A stretch of DNA of 55,927 nucleotides from Sashavirus 536P12. The notes below the pieces were generated by a model that was not told where the DNA came from, did no database searches, and saw only the letters and a list, made by a program, of their open reading frames with translations. Below, in pieces: positions 16,634 to 26,217 of this stretch. The stretch lies in sequence record OZ035768.1. One strand, written 5' to 3'. Every line of letters starts with the position of its first letter. The first letter of the stretch is position 1. Both the position numbers and the translations under genes were made by a program.

Positions 16634-17002
16634 ATGGATCCGAACATCAGAATTGCTACAGACGAATTCATTCGTCGCGCCCGTAAAATTCACGGTGATC
16701 GTTACGACTACTCATTCAGCATTGTTGAAGATAGTTCCAGCACCGTGGTTATTATTGACCGTGAAACTAACACAGTGTTTTTCCAGGTTGTCGCTGAACA
16801 TCTGGACGGTGTTGAACCGGTAACGACTGCTGTTGAACCGGTAACGACTGCTGTTGAACCGGTAACGACTGCTGTTGAACCGATCAAGAATCTTTCTGAG
16901 ATATTCGGTAACGTCGTAAACAGCGTGTATCACCAGTGCAATTATTCATCTGAAATGTTAGAATTTAGTCATGTTGAAACAATACGAGGACAATCCCCGT
17001 GA
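16634..17002 (+). CDS. hypothetical protein with tandem VEPVTTA heptad repeats
   Basis: ORF 16604 begins with GTG; likely start ATG 16634 after AAGGG; N-terminal EFIRRARKIHGDRYDYS resembles the repeats of the 25306..26217 protein. Confidence 0.5.
   Translation: MDPNIRIATDEFIRRARKIHGDRYDYSFSIVEDSSSTVVIIDRETNTVFFQVVAEHLDGVEPVTTAVEPVTTAVEPVTTAVEPIKNLSEIFGNVVNSVYHQCNYSSEMLEFSHVETIRGQSP
16811..16882. repeat. 21-bp tandem repeat x3.4 (gttgaaccggtaacgactgct)
   Basis: perfect direct repeats inside the CDS, in frame. Confidence 0.9.
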
Positions 17003-17409
17003 TTAACATAAAAGTTAATAAGGTTGACAACTCACTACGTATGGTGTTCGGTTGGGGTAGTATCTGTAAAAAACGCAATCAGGAGACAGGCCAGTTAGAA
17101 ATTTACACAGACACGGACAACGAGCAATTTCCCGAGGATGTCACTCTGAAAGCATGGTTGGACTTCATGAATTCTGATCAGCGCATCATGGACAATATGC
17201 ACAATGAACAATCTGTTGGGAAAGTTGTGTTTGCGTTCCCGATGACTGAAGACATTGCGGCAAGTTTTGGACTGGTTGATAAACTGGATCAGACAGGCGT
17301 CATTGTTGGTACGTTGATAACTGATGACGAAGTTTTGAAAAAGTTTCAGACTGGTGAATATACGGGATATAGTATCGGTGGAACTGCATATTATGAGGAT
17401 GTGGAATAA
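16999..17409 (+). CDS. prohead protease-like protein (XkdF / S78-like) candidate
   Basis: 136 aa; N-terminal KVDNSLRMVFGWGSI and C-terminal GYSIGG resemble this family; sits just before the scaffold and capsid genes. Confidence 0.4.
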   Translation: MINIKVNKVDNSLRMVFGWGSICKKRNQETGQLEIYTDTDNEQFPEDVTLKAWLDFMNSDQRIMDNMHNEQSVGKVVFAFPMTEDIAASFGLVDKLDQTGVIVGTLITDDEVLKKFQTGEYTGYSIGGTAYYEDVE

Positions 17410-18674
17410 TGCGTACAGATGGTACTAATCATTTACGCCGCGCTAAATCGATGAAGATCGGTTTTCTGTCCGGCGTGACAAAACCTGCTCACGAGGGGGC
17501 AAACGCTCTTGTTCTTAAATCACATTCAGAACCGCCTGCTGTTGTTCTTTTAAAGTCAACATTTAGTGCAGCACTGGCTGAAAAAGAACTTGAACAGAAA
17601 GTTCGCGATTTCCTCTCTAATTCGTGGATGTTGAATGATGCGCTTTATGAAGCAGCAGAGGATATTGCAAAAGATGATTCTATTACCGATAAACAAGCAG
17701 CATTGCGTGACGCGGTAAATGAATATATTATAACGTTGCAACAGGCCGCTGGTATTTCGCTGAATAAAGCGAAAGGTGGTAAAACTGAAGGCGGTGAAGT
17801 TTTCCCGGCATCTGATTATGCATATGTACCAGATCCAGAAAAACCTTCAACCTGGAAACTTCGTTTAACAGCTACCCCTGGCGGTGAACCTGATGCGCGT
17901 ATTGTAGGCGCTGCACTTGCTGCATTAGGTCCGGGTTATCGCGGTAACAAAGTTGAAATCCCTGAAGCCGATTTAGCAGGTGTGAAAAACAAAGTCCGAT
18001 CCGCGTGGAAAAAATTACACCCGGACCAGGAAGTACCTCAAGTTTTAAAAACGGCAGAGGAAATCGAAATGTCCGAACTGGAACTGGAAAAATACAAAGC
18101 CCTGGCTGAGATGAACGACGTCCATAAGGCGTATCATAATTCTCTGCCTGAATCTGATCAGGAAGCATTCCGTAAAATGGATGCGACTGCTCGCGATGCC
18201 CTCGTGACGATGGCTAAACAGGCTGATGAATCGTTTACCACGATTGCGGGTCAGGTTGTTCAGAAATCTGTAGCTGGTCCGATGTATGACGTTCTGAAAT
18301 CTCAGGACGAACAACTTCGCAAAGCTCAGACTGAAGCGGCACTGGCGAAAGCTAAAGAAACCGTGAACACTGATTTCGCACATATTCCGGGTGAAATGGT
18401 ACAGAAAACCCAGATGGTCATGACTCTTGATCGTTTACCGGAAGCGGATCGTAACTTCCTGGTTGAAAAACTCAAACAGGCCGACGAACTCTGGAAAGCA
18501 CGTAAAGAACCAGCCGCGCCGAACGGCAGTGGTAAAGGTTCCAGTGCACTGGAAGACATGATTAACGAATGGCTGAAAGCAAATCCGGGTAAAACACGCA
18601 CCCAGGCTATGCAAGCTATTTCTGCAACTAAAAAAGGTCAGGAAGCAATCGAAGCGATGCGAGGTGACGAATAA
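17409..18674 (+). CDS. scaffolding protein candidate
   Basis: 421 aa, Ala/Glu/Lys-rich with helical/coiled-coil character; upstream of decoration and major capsid genes. Confidence 0.5.
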   Translation: MRTDGTNHLRRAKSMKIGFLSGVTKPAHEGANALVLKSHSEPPAVVLLKSTFSAALAEKELEQKVRDFLSNSWMLNDALYEAAEDIAKDDSITDKQAALRDAVNEYIITLQQAAGISLNKAKGGKTEGGEVFPASDYAYVPDPEKPSTWKLRLTATPGGEPDARIVGAALAALGPGYRGNKVEIPEADLAGVKNKVRSAWKKLHPDQEVPQVLKTAEEIEMSELELEKYKALAEMNDVHKAYHNSLPESDQEAFRKMDATARDALVTMAKQADESFTTIAGQVVQKSVAGPMYDVLKSQDEQLRKAQTEAALAKAKETVNTDFAHIPGEMVQKTQMVMTLDRLPEADRNFLVEKLKQADELWKARKEPAAPNGSGKGSSALEDMINEWLKANPGKTRTQAMQAISATKKGQEAIEAMRGDE

Positions 18675-19084
18675 TGGCTAAGAACAGCAAAATCTACTGG
18701 AACTATGAGCGCCCGACCCGTGCCGTTGCATCCGTGGATATTTCGGCAGGTATTGGTCTTGTTCTGGATACCAGTTTAGGTGACACTAACCAATGTGTAC
18801 CTAAATACAAATTCCCAACGGCTGACGGTCGTATTGACGGTGTAGCTGTTGATGATGCCACTGCTGGTGTATTCTTCGACCTGGTAAACGAAAAAGAAAA
18901 ATTCGTACCAGTAAAAGCTGCTGCACCGTTCGCCACAGGTGTTGAGCTTGCTGTTGGTGATGACGGACGATTCAAGGCCGCTACTGCTAAACAACTGGTT
19001 GTGGCTATTTCTCAAACTAATGCCACTGATAAAAACCAGGTAGTTACCGCATTACTTATTGCACCGTATTCTAAAGGAGCATAA
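18674..19084 (+). CDS. head decoration / cement protein candidate
   Basis: 136-aa ORF immediately upstream of the major capsid gene. Confidence 0.35.
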   Translation: MAKNSKIYWNYERPTRAVASVDISAGIGLVLDTSLGDTNQCVPKYKFPTADGRIDGVAVDDATAGVFFDLVNEKEKFVPVKAAAPFATGVELAVGDDGRFKAATAKQLVVAISQTNATDKNQVVTALLIAPYSKGA

Positions 19085-19087
19085 CCG

Positions 19088-20110
19088 ATGAGTTACAAAC
19101 AGAATTTTCGCGACGTTGGCGCACCAGATACATTCCTGTCTAACTTTTCTGTAAGTTACTGGCAGGATACATCACTGTTTGTCGGCACTCGTTATTTCCC
19201 GGTAGTTCCTGTTAATCAGGCTGCTGGTAAGTTTCTGACTTACCCGAAAGGGTATTTCGGTCGTCCGGTTAACTCCAAACGTGCCGAAGATGGTGTTGCT
19301 AACACTATTGGTTACAAAACCAAAAACCAGGGTTACACCGTTGATGACGATGCGATCCGTATCTTCATTTCTGACAAAAAACGTGCAAACGTTCAGAACG
19401 GTCAGCAACTGGATATGGAAGCATCTGCAGTAACCACGGACGCGTTGTTGATTAACAAAGAAGTGGATTTTGCTGAAAAATTCCTGACCGCTGGTAAATG
19501 GGGTCTTAATTTCCAGGGTAATAAAGATGCGTCTTTGTCCACGGGTGAATTCCTGAAATGGTCTAATGCGAATGCCGATCCGATTGGTGACATCCTGTCA
19601 CGGCGTGTTGCGTTCTCCCTGGCATCCGGTGGTCGTCGCTGGAACAAAGCACTGATGACGCTGGACGTGTATGACGCACTGACCCGTAGCCCGGCTGTTA
19701 TTGACCGTATTAACGGTGGTTCTACCACTCAGAATCCGGGAATCGTGACTAAACAGGCACTGGCTGCACTGCTGGAAGTTGACGAACTGGAAATCATGCA
19801 ATCTGTGGTCAACATGGCTACTGATGGCGTTGAAGACGTTAACGGCAATCCGCTGTCAAACTTCCAGTTTGCTAAAACTGGTGTGCTGATGCTCAACTAT
19901 GTTGAACCGACTGTTGGTAACATGAAACCTGTTGCTGCTGCTGGTTTCGTGTGGAACGAATTCATCGGTCTGGGTGTTAACAACGGTCCGTCTATCCGCA
20001 CCTATCCGGGTGTTGAAGGTCGTCGTGGTAATTTCGTTGAAGCGGAATTTGCCATTGATGTTCAGATGGTTGCACCTGATCTGGGCGTTCTGTTCTACGA
20101 CGCGGTTTAA
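19088..20110 (+). CDS. major capsid protein (lambda gpE-like)
   Basis: 340 aa; position after scaffold/decoration genes and followed by a strong terminator. Confidence 0.7.
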   Translation: MSYKQNFRDVGAPDTFLSNFSVSYWQDTSLFVGTRYFPVVPVNQAAGKFLTYPKGYFGRPVNSKRAEDGVANTIGYKTKNQGYTVDDDAIRIFISDKKRANVQNGQQLDMEASAVTTDALLINKEVDFAEKFLTAGKWGLNFQGNKDASLSTGEFLKWSNANADPIGDILSRRVAFSLASGGRRWNKALMTLDVYDALTRSPAVIDRINGGSTTQNPGIVTKQALAALLEVDELEIMQSVVNMATDGVEDVNGNPLSNFQFAKTGVLMLNYVEPTVGNMKPVAAAGFVWNEFIGLGVNNGPSIRTYPGVEGRRGNFVEAEFAIDVQMVAPDLGVLFYDAV

Positions 20111-20130
20111 TAACAACTGTGGTATTATTA

Positions 20131-20158
20131 AGGGGTGGCTTGTGCTGCCCCTTTTTTT
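20131..20158 (+). terminator. rho-independent terminator after major capsid gene
   Basis: AGGGGTGGCTTGTGCTGCCCCT hairpin plus T7. Confidence 0.7.
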
Positions 20159-20173
20159 CATGAGGTTAAAATC

Positions 20174-20527
20174 ATGCGTAATTCATATGATCCGTCACTG
20201 AAATATGTTTTCACCCGTCCGATACTGTGGAATGGTAAACAGATGTCCGCTGGCGATAAAGTATCAACATCAAAAGCTATCCCGGCTGTTTTAAATGCCC
20301 TTGTGCGTATGCGCCACATTGAACCAGCTACTGTGACCGTTGAAGAACCAGTGACTGTAGCAACCGAAGAATCGGCATCAACCACAGCTGCTGAAATCCG
20401 ACGTGACGCGCCAAAAACCTATAACGTTTATGTTATGGGTATGCCGATGAATTCAGAATCGTTTAGTAGTAAAAGTGCCGCTGCTGAATGGTGTGAATCA
20501 CAAGGCTTGACATATAACTATTCTTGA
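20174..20527 (+). CDS. hypothetical protein
   Basis: ORF 20135..20527; likely start ATG 20174 after GAGG. Confidence 0.4.
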   Translation: MRNSYDPSLKYVFTRPILWNGKQMSAGDKVSTSKAIPAVLNALVRMRHIEPATVTVEEPVTVATEESASTTAAEIRRDAPKTYNVYVMGMPMNSESFSSKSAAAEWCESQGLTYNYS

Positions 20528-20560
20528 CCTATTGTTAAGTCAGTGACAGAACTGCATAGC
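20517..20560 (+). promoter_or_regulatory. degenerate copy of conserved promoter element (+ orientation)
   Basis: TATAACTATTCTTGACC with TTGACC ~20523-20528; -10 not obvious. Confidence 0.25.
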
Positions 20561-20942
20561 AGACACTATCACTTAATCGGTCGAAAGACGCCGGATAAAC
20601 GTAACCGGCACATAACAGATAAGAGCATTGAGTTGTTTAAAGTGGTGCTGCGACGATTATCATACATCTCAGTGCTCTTATCGTTGTGGTGAATTGCAGT
20701 TCTTAGAAACAACCAGAAGATAAGCGCCTGGCACCGCAACCCAAACACTCGCTGATAAGGAGGTGATCCTTATCTTGCTGGCGGGAAAGCCGCAAATCGT
20801 GGGTAAAGCATGTTGTGAAACATCCTGAACTGCGTGTCGTTTTACATAACTGGTTATTCACGTGTCACGCATAGGGGTATGTTGGGACGTCAGGTGTGGA
20901 TGACCAGTTATGTAAAACCCTCATTATCACCCAGAGCCATTT

Positions 20943-20968
20943 GCCGTCTGTTTAAGACGGCTTTTTTT
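20943..20968 (+). terminator. rho-independent terminator inside noncoding island
   Basis: GCCGTCTGTTTAAGACGGC hairpin plus T7. Confidence 0.7.
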
Positions 20969-21007
20969 CGTGCTAATATAACGAAAACATTTCTCACAGG
21001 TGATCAC

Positions 21008-21418
21008 ATGGCTATTACAGTTGAAGGTATTCGTTATTTGATCAGTGTCCCTGATGTTACTGATGAACAAATTCAGTGGTACATTGACAACGGTTATACA
21101 AATCCTCTCAGTATTTGCGTCGCTCTCTGTGATTATATGGCGTCTATTGCCAGCAACGATACTGATATTAAAGTAGGCCCGATCTCACTCAGCAGTAGTC
21201 AGTCAGCAGACGCCTGGAATAAACTTAAAAAAGATTTTATTTTACGTATTAATACTGGCGCTGATTCAGGTGGCGGTTTGTTAGGTAATTTTATGGGTGT
21301 CGGTGGAGCTACATTAACTGGCGCTGGTATGCAACCTGCTATTCAGCGTGGTCAGTTCGACAACCCACCTGTAACACTTGAAAGTGGTGATCGTGCACTT
21401 AACGAGGGTGAACGGTGA
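21008..21418 (+). CDS. head-tail connector / adaptor protein candidate
   Basis: ORF 20834..21418 has an implausible N-terminal extension containing a terminator; likely start ATG 21008. Confidence 0.4.
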   Translation: MAITVEGIRYLISVPDVTDEQIQWYIDNGYTNPLSICVALCDYMASIASNDTDIKVGPISLSSSQSADAWNKLKKDFILRINTGADSGGGLLGNFMGVGGATLTGAGMQPAIQRGQFDNPPVTLESGDRALNEGER

Positions 21419-21792
21419 TGGCAGACAAACGTCAAAGTGTCCTGAACGGTGTTACTCGTGCACTTGCTGAAGTAGGTGAGGATTTGACGGTAAAACGTGT
21501 GACAACAGTTCCCAACCCGTCTAATCCTACATTACCGGGTACAACCGTTACTGAATCGCATACGTGCCGTGGTTATATTTACCCATTAGAAAAGTGGGAT
21601 CCGACTACTATGACCAGAATAACCACAACAATGGTAATTATGGATAGTCAGAGTTTTGAACCACGATTCGTTCCCGATCGGGGGGATGTTGTGGTTGATG
21701 AACGTGGTAAAGAATATCGCCTTCTTGATCGTCAAAACCCACGATTGTTAGGTGACGATATGGCGTTTATTCACCCTGTTGGAGCGGCCTGA
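21415..21792 (+). CDS. head closure / head-tail joining protein candidate
   Basis: 125 aa; C-terminal RGDVVVDERGKEYRLLD pattern; position. Confidence 0.4.
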   Translation: MMADKRQSVLNGVTRALAEVGEDLTVKRVTTVPNPSNPTLPGTTVTESHTCRGYIYPLEKWDPTTMTRITTTMVIMDSQSFEPRFVPDRGDVVVDERGKEYRLLDRQNPRLLGDDMAFIHPVGAA

Positions 21793-21793
21793 T

Positions 21794-22225
21794 ATGGCTA
21801 AGACTAACGTTAACGATATAAACCGGATAACAGGTGTCTTTAAAGACATTAAAGCCGACCTGCGAGATTTTACCGATCGTGAAGTCATCCGGTATGTCCT
21901 GACGTTACGTAATATTCTTGTCAGTGAACCACCTGACGGTACACCTGTGGATACAGGCTGGGCAAGCAACAACTGGTGGTTCGATCAGGGGCAACCCGCT
22001 AATAGTCCTGATACACCAACAGGTAATGTTGAAGCCAGTAAAGCACGTATCGAACAGGATACGGTCACTATCAGCAGTATTAAAGTTAATGGTCAGGAAC
22101 TGCATATTACTAACAACGTTCCTTACATTGGTGTTCTCAATGGTGGTAGCAGTACACAGACACCTTCCGGGTTTGTCGAACGTGCTATATTAAAAGCCGG
22201 AATAATGGTGAGGTTTAATCAGTGA
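21794..22225 (+). CDS. HK97 gp10-like neck / tail component candidate
   Basis: ORF 21752; likely start ATG 21794; DTGWASNNWWFD motif. Confidence 0.4.
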   Translation: MAKTNVNDINRITGVFKDIKADLRDFTDREVIRYVLTLRNILVSEPPDGTPVDTGWASNNWWFDQGQPANSPDTPTGNVEASKARIEQDTVTISSIKVNGQELHITNNVPYIGVLNGGSSTQTPSGFVERAILKAGIMVRFNQ

Positions 22226-22647
22226 TGACACTCTCAGATGTTTCAGGAATTGTTTATAATCGCGTTCTGGCGAATCTCCCCGTGGAAATTACACCTGACC
22301 GATTTACAATCGCTTCTGGTCAACTCCCTGATGACACTACAGAAAAACCCGGTCTGATTCTGACACACAATCCCGGCCCGTGGACAATAACCACGCTGGG
22401 TGGGGAAGGTGTTTGTCGCCGTCGTTTAAGAACAGGAAACGTTTTTTTACAGGTACGCACACCTGCTCAGTATGGTATGGACACTTTAAGTATTGATATT
22501 GCGGATCGGCTTGTAAAATTATTTGAAGGTGTCTGGCAGGATCGCCCGTTAATTTACACGAGTGTTGATATTCGTCATCAGGGTCGTGATAACGCGTGGT
22601 TTTTAACGAATGTCGTACTTAGTTACGAATACGAAGAAATATATTAA
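22222..22647 (+). CDS. tail terminator / tail completion protein candidate
   Basis: 141-aa ORF immediately upstream of the major tail protein gene. Confidence 0.35.
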   Translation: MMTLSDVSGIVYNRVLANLPVEITPDRFTIASGQLPDDTTEKPGLILTHNPGPWTITTLGGEGVCRRRLRTGNVFLQVRTPAQYGMDTLSIDIADRLVKLFEGVWQDRPLIYTSVDIRHQGRDNAWFLTNVVLSYEYEEIY

Positions 22648-22683
22648 ACTACGAATGATTGCAATCAAACGAGGCTTAGAACA

Positions 22684-24141
22684 ATGGCTGAATCAATTTT
22701 TAAATGTTCGCAAACACCTGCGGCTGATGTAAACGCAACACGACTCAGTGTAGCAAAAGTCTGTGAACCTGTTTTTGGTACACCCTGGACGGTTCAACAA
22801 CCGAATGAAATCAGTTCTTACAGTGCTGATATTACAAAGACTCAGCGTACACCGATCAGTACGGACCGATCTGCACGTAAAGGCACGGTAACTAACGTTG
22901 AAGTTGCACCGGGCTTTCAGACAGACCTGACACTTGATACGTTCCGCTACTGGGGTGACGGATTCCTTTATAGTAAATGGGTCGGTGCTGGTGCAATTGA
23001 TATTGATGTTACCAGTGTTGGCGCTGATGCTTATAACGTTACTACTCTTGATGCGGCATTACCTGAAGGTGCTCTTGTTTATGCGACAGGTTTTACACTG
23101 GCTGCAAACAACGGTTTGAAAACTGTAGGCGCTAATAGTACCACTACTGCTATCAACGTGTCAGGGCTTACTGCTGAAGCGTCACCGCCTACTGAAGCTC
23201 GTTTATATCTCGTGGGGTATGCTGCAGCGTCTGATGACATCGCTGTTAACAGTAATGGTCAGTTGACGTCTACCACCCCGTATTTTTCCACACTGGGTTT
23301 AGTACCGGGACAGTATATTTATATTGATGGTCTAACACAGTCTGTAACCAGTAAAATGGCCCGTGTGACTATGGTTAGCGATCATGTTCTGACTCTCGCT
23401 AACAGTGAATTCACCACTGAAGAAGGTACGGGTAAAACTGTACGTTTATTTGTTTCCAGTTTTGTTCGAAACGTTCCTGTTGACTCTGCAGAGTTCGTTA
23501 AAACTGAATACACAATGGAAGCACGTTACAACACGACACCTGTTATTTATGAATATGCGCGTGCTGTAGCTGCAAACCAGATGACGATCAACGCACCGTT
23601 GACTGAAAAAATGACAATGGATCTGACGTTTGTAGCACAGGATTTATCAGCACCGTCAAAAACCGCGCTACCTGGTTCCGGGTATGTTGAATTCGTGGCT
23701 AACGAAGCGTACAACACCGTAACGAACCTGAACCGTGTACGACTGACCGGGATTGATGATAGTGGACTCAGTACGTTCCTGAAAGACGTTACTGTCACAG
23801 TGAATAACAACGTGTCAGGCGAAAACGTGCTGGGCGTGATGGGTGCTGCGTTTACTAACATCGGTAACCTGGAAATCACGATGGAAACTGAAACAGTGAT
23901 GACTGACGGTGCTGTACTGACTGCGATCCGTAACAACGCGACCGTCAACTTCGAACTTGCCGGGGTAAACGGTGACGGTGCAATTGTGGTTAATATCCCC
24001 GCTATGACACTGGGTGACGGTTCTAAGAACCTTGCAACTGGCGAAAAAGTGAAAGTCACTGTGTCAGGTAACGCCCACGAAGAAGAGTCAATCGGTTTTA
24101 TGATTGGTTTCAGCTTGTTCCCGTACTTGCCTACAGCATGA
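22684..24141 (+). CDS. major tail (tube) protein candidate
   Basis: 485 aa, Thr/Val/Asn-rich beta-type composition; followed by a terminator and then tail chaperone genes. Confidence 0.55.
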   Translation: MAESIFKCSQTPAADVNATRLSVAKVCEPVFGTPWTVQQPNEISSYSADITKTQRTPISTDRSARKGTVTNVEVAPGFQTDLTLDTFRYWGDGFLYSKWVGAGAIDIDVTSVGADAYNVTTLDAALPEGALVYATGFTLAANNGLKTVGANSTTTAINVSGLTAEASPPTEARLYLVGYAAASDDIAVNSNGQLTSTTPYFSTLGLVPGQYIYIDGLTQSVTSKMARVTMVSDHVLTLANSEFTTEEGTGKTVRLFVSSFVRNVPVDSAEFVKTEYTMEARYNTTPVIYEYARAVAANQMTINAPLTEKMTMDLTFVAQDLSAPSKTALPGSGYVEFVANEAYNTVTNLNRVRLTGIDDSGLSTFLKDVTVTVNNNVSGENVLGVMGAAFTNIGNLEITMETETVMTDGAVLTAIRNNATVNFELAGVNGDGAIVVNIPAMTLGDGSKNLATGEKVKVTVSGNAHEEESIGFMIGFSLFPYLPTA

Positions 24142-24161
24142 CATGGTGGATGGTAGTGGTT

Positions 24162-24186
24162 GCCCGGTTAACGCCGGGCTTTTTTG
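24162..24186 (+). terminator. rho-independent terminator after major tail gene
   Basis: GCCCGGTTAACGCCGGGC hairpin plus T-run. Confidence 0.7.
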
Positions 24187-24215
24187 TTTATATTTTACCC
24201 TCCTGCATCAATCCT

Positions 24216-24452
24216 TCAGCAACAGTCATTTGGTAACGTGGTGCTTTCCATGCTTGAAGTGCTTTTTCTGCGCTTTTTTTGTGTTTTATACGGTTTGATA
24301 CTTGTTAAAATAGCAGTTGTAATACCTGCACCATAACCACGGTCTGTTTCCTGACAAACTCGAAACAAACCATCAATTTGTTTAACTACTAAACGTTTGA
24401 ACGCAATATTGCCCGTTTCTTTGTTGATGTAGCGTTGAATTACCCGTTCCAT
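24216..24452 (-). CDS. hypothetical protein
   Basis: 78 aa; GAGGG SD; driven by P9. Confidence 0.4.
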   Translation of the reverse strand: MERVIQRYINKETGNIAFKRLVVKQIDGLFRVCQETDRGYGAGITTAILTSIKPYKTQKKRRKSTSSMESTTLPNDCC

Positions 24453-24479
24453 TATTTTAACCCTCAGTTCGTTTCGTTG

Positions 24480-24526
24480 AGTTAAAGATACCTTAACAGG
24501 TGTAATTCGTCAAGAATTATTTTAAA
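24480..24526 (-). promoter_or_regulatory. conserved promoter element (P9)
   Basis: CGTCAAGAATTATTTTAAA at 24508-24526; minus-strand -35 TTGACG, -10 TATCTT. Confidence 0.65.
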
Positions 24527-24590
24527 TATCTTGCGTAATTTGTACAGAACTATTACTATCTAATCGTCTACTACATAAAAGGTAAAAACC

Positions 24591-25013
24591 ATGTCAAAGT
24601 TTGACCATCTGAAAAAAGCACTTTCTCCATTAGTGCTGAAGTCTTCTGCTGAACTGATTTTAAATGAAAATTTCAGTATCACCGTGTTGAACCTGAACAC
24701 CGCTAACCAGGTATATAACGTAACAGTCGCGGACTATGTAAAACAGAACGGTGTGTTGTCTGAAAACTTCTTTGAAAAACTGTGGAATCAGGAATATACA
24801 CCAGAAGGTGTTAAGTTCGTGGCTAACGTTCTTATGCTGGACTGGAAACTGATTGGTGAAGATGACAAACCGGAACCATTCAGTGTTGAAGAAGCTATTG
24901 AACTGTTAAGTGATGAACGTTTCGGTCAGGTGATCTACAGTCGTGTTATTCAGTTCGCAATTAATTCCGCATTCTTCCAGGACGAATGGGAAAAACAGAT
25001 TGAAAAAAACTGA
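24591..25013 (+). CDS. tail assembly chaperone (gpG-like)
   Basis: 140-aa acidic protein immediately upstream of the frameshift partner and tape measure gene. Confidence 0.55.
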   Translation: MSKFDHLKKALSPLVLKSSAELILNENFSITVLNLNTANQVYNVTVADYVKQNGVLSENFFEKLWNQEYTPEGVKFVANVLMLDWKLIGEDDKPEPFSVEEAIELLSDERFGQVIYSRVIQFAINSAFFQDEWEKQIEKN

Positions 25014-25309
25014 TCGACTTCCTCTTGTGGAACGATAAGACAGACGGGGACGACCTGGACTGGGTTACACAAGGGGCGGCTGCACGTGGTATATCTGTTC
25101 CGAGTGTTGTACAGAAACGTCCTGAATTGCGACCTGATGCTATCTTTTACTGGAATGCTTATCTTGATTTGATAAATAGTGATTGGGTTGCTTGTGAGCG
25201 GTATGCACGGGTGTATAACGTTGATGTACAGTTCCTATGGAAATTATTGGTAGCATTGCGGTCTGCACGTGTTGTCGAGATGAAGAAAAATAAACATAAG
25301 CCCGGTTAG
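24591..25309 (+). CDS. tail assembly chaperone frameshift product (gpGT-like), -1 frameshift at A_AAA_AAC (25004-25010)
   Basis: slippery heptamer A AAA AAC just before the G stop (25011-25013); -1 frame is open from 25004 to 25309 (ORF 25025..25309). Confidence 0.5.
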
Positions 25310-25322
25310 TTCCGGGCTTTTT
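25299..25322. terminator. bidirectional terminator hairpin
   Basis: AAGCCCGGTTAGTTCCGGGCTT followed by a T-run, at the junction of convergent genes. Confidence 0.6.
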
Positions 25323-26217
25323 CATTTATGTAGTCGAGGATTGCGGGAGAATATTTAAACCACTCTGTAGCACCGTCAAAGCCTTTGAGACGCGCATTAA
25401 GTTCACGGAAGACCTTGTGTACCTCTTGTTCCAGTTTGTAAGCATCAGCGCCGTGTGGAAATGGATACGACACGAGTTTAACCACGGGGTGCGGAGTTCG
25501 TCGTTGTAGTTGTCGTAGTCGCTGTTTTAAGTCGTTTGTAACACCGACTTTAAGCAGAGTGGGACACTGTTTATCATCGGTTAACACGTAGAGTGTACCG
25601 GGTTCAAGTGGGTTGAAACCCGCTTGTGAACATTGTGGGCAAGCGTTTAAACAGCAATGGTTATTAGGAGTCTGTTCAAACACCCCATGCTCGGGACATA
25701 TTATTTTTACTCGAGTGAAATTATTAATATACTCCACCAGTGAGTAATCGTATTTGTTTCCGTGAATTTCACGAGCACGATTGACGAATTCTTCAGTAGT
25801 CAAGCGTTGTTGTTCAGACGACTGTTCCCGAGCACATTGTGGGCAACCTCTCCCGTGAACATGGTTGTTAGGAGTCTGTTCAAACACCCCATGCTCTGGG
25901 CATGTTATTTTTACTTTAGTATGAGCGCCTTTATGTTCCACCAACGAGTAATCGTATTTGTGTCCATGGAGTTCACGCGCCCGTGTGATGAATTCTTCTA
26001 CAGGTGATCGTTTTTGTTCTACCGCACACCATGGACACCCATGTTTCAAAGAAACATGATTATTAGGAATCTGTTCAAACACACCATGTTCTGGACAGGT
26101 GACCTTCACAGGAGTACACCAATTCACATACTCCACTAGCGAGTAATCGTATTTGTGCCCGTGAAGTTCACGGGCACGCGTGATAAACTCTTCTGTGGTT
26201 AAACGTTTCCTACTCAT
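25306..26217 (-). CDS. T5orf172 (GIY-YIG-like) domain protein with three N-terminal zinc-ribbon-like repeats (homing-endonuclease-like)
   Basis: 303 aa; three ~65-aa repeats (TTEEF..RARELHGHKYDYSLVEY...CPEHGVFEQ.PNNH...GCPxC); C-terminal LYVLTDD...LLKVGVTNDLKQRL matches the T5orf172 signature. Confidence 0.55.
   Translation of the reverse strand: MSRKRLTTEEFITRARELHGHKYDYSLVEYVNWCTPVKVTCPEHGVFEQIPNNHVSLKHGCPWCAVEQKRSPVEEFITRARELHGHKYDYSLVEHKGAHTKVKITCPEHGVFEQTPNNHVHGRGCPQCAREQSSEQQRLTTEEFVNRAREIHGNKYDYSLVEYINNFTRVKIICPEHGVFEQTPNNHCCLNACPQCSQAGFNPLEPGTLYVLTDDKQCPTLLKVGVTNDLKQRLRQLQRRTPHPVVKLVSYPFPHGADAYKLEQEVHKVFRELNARLKGFDGATEWFKYSPAILDYINEKARN

Noticed and set aside
17556-18601. Antisense ORFs within the scaffold gene (17556..17741, 17872..18168, 18045..18383, 18326..18601)
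   Set aside because: They overlap a continuous 421-aa forward ORF in a tightly packed structural operon, have odd composition and no translation signals.
20834-21007. N-terminal 58-codon extension of the connector ORF
   Set aside because: The extension reads through a strong intrinsic terminator hairpin (20943-20968) and has no RBS; the internal ATG at 21008 is the more plausible start.
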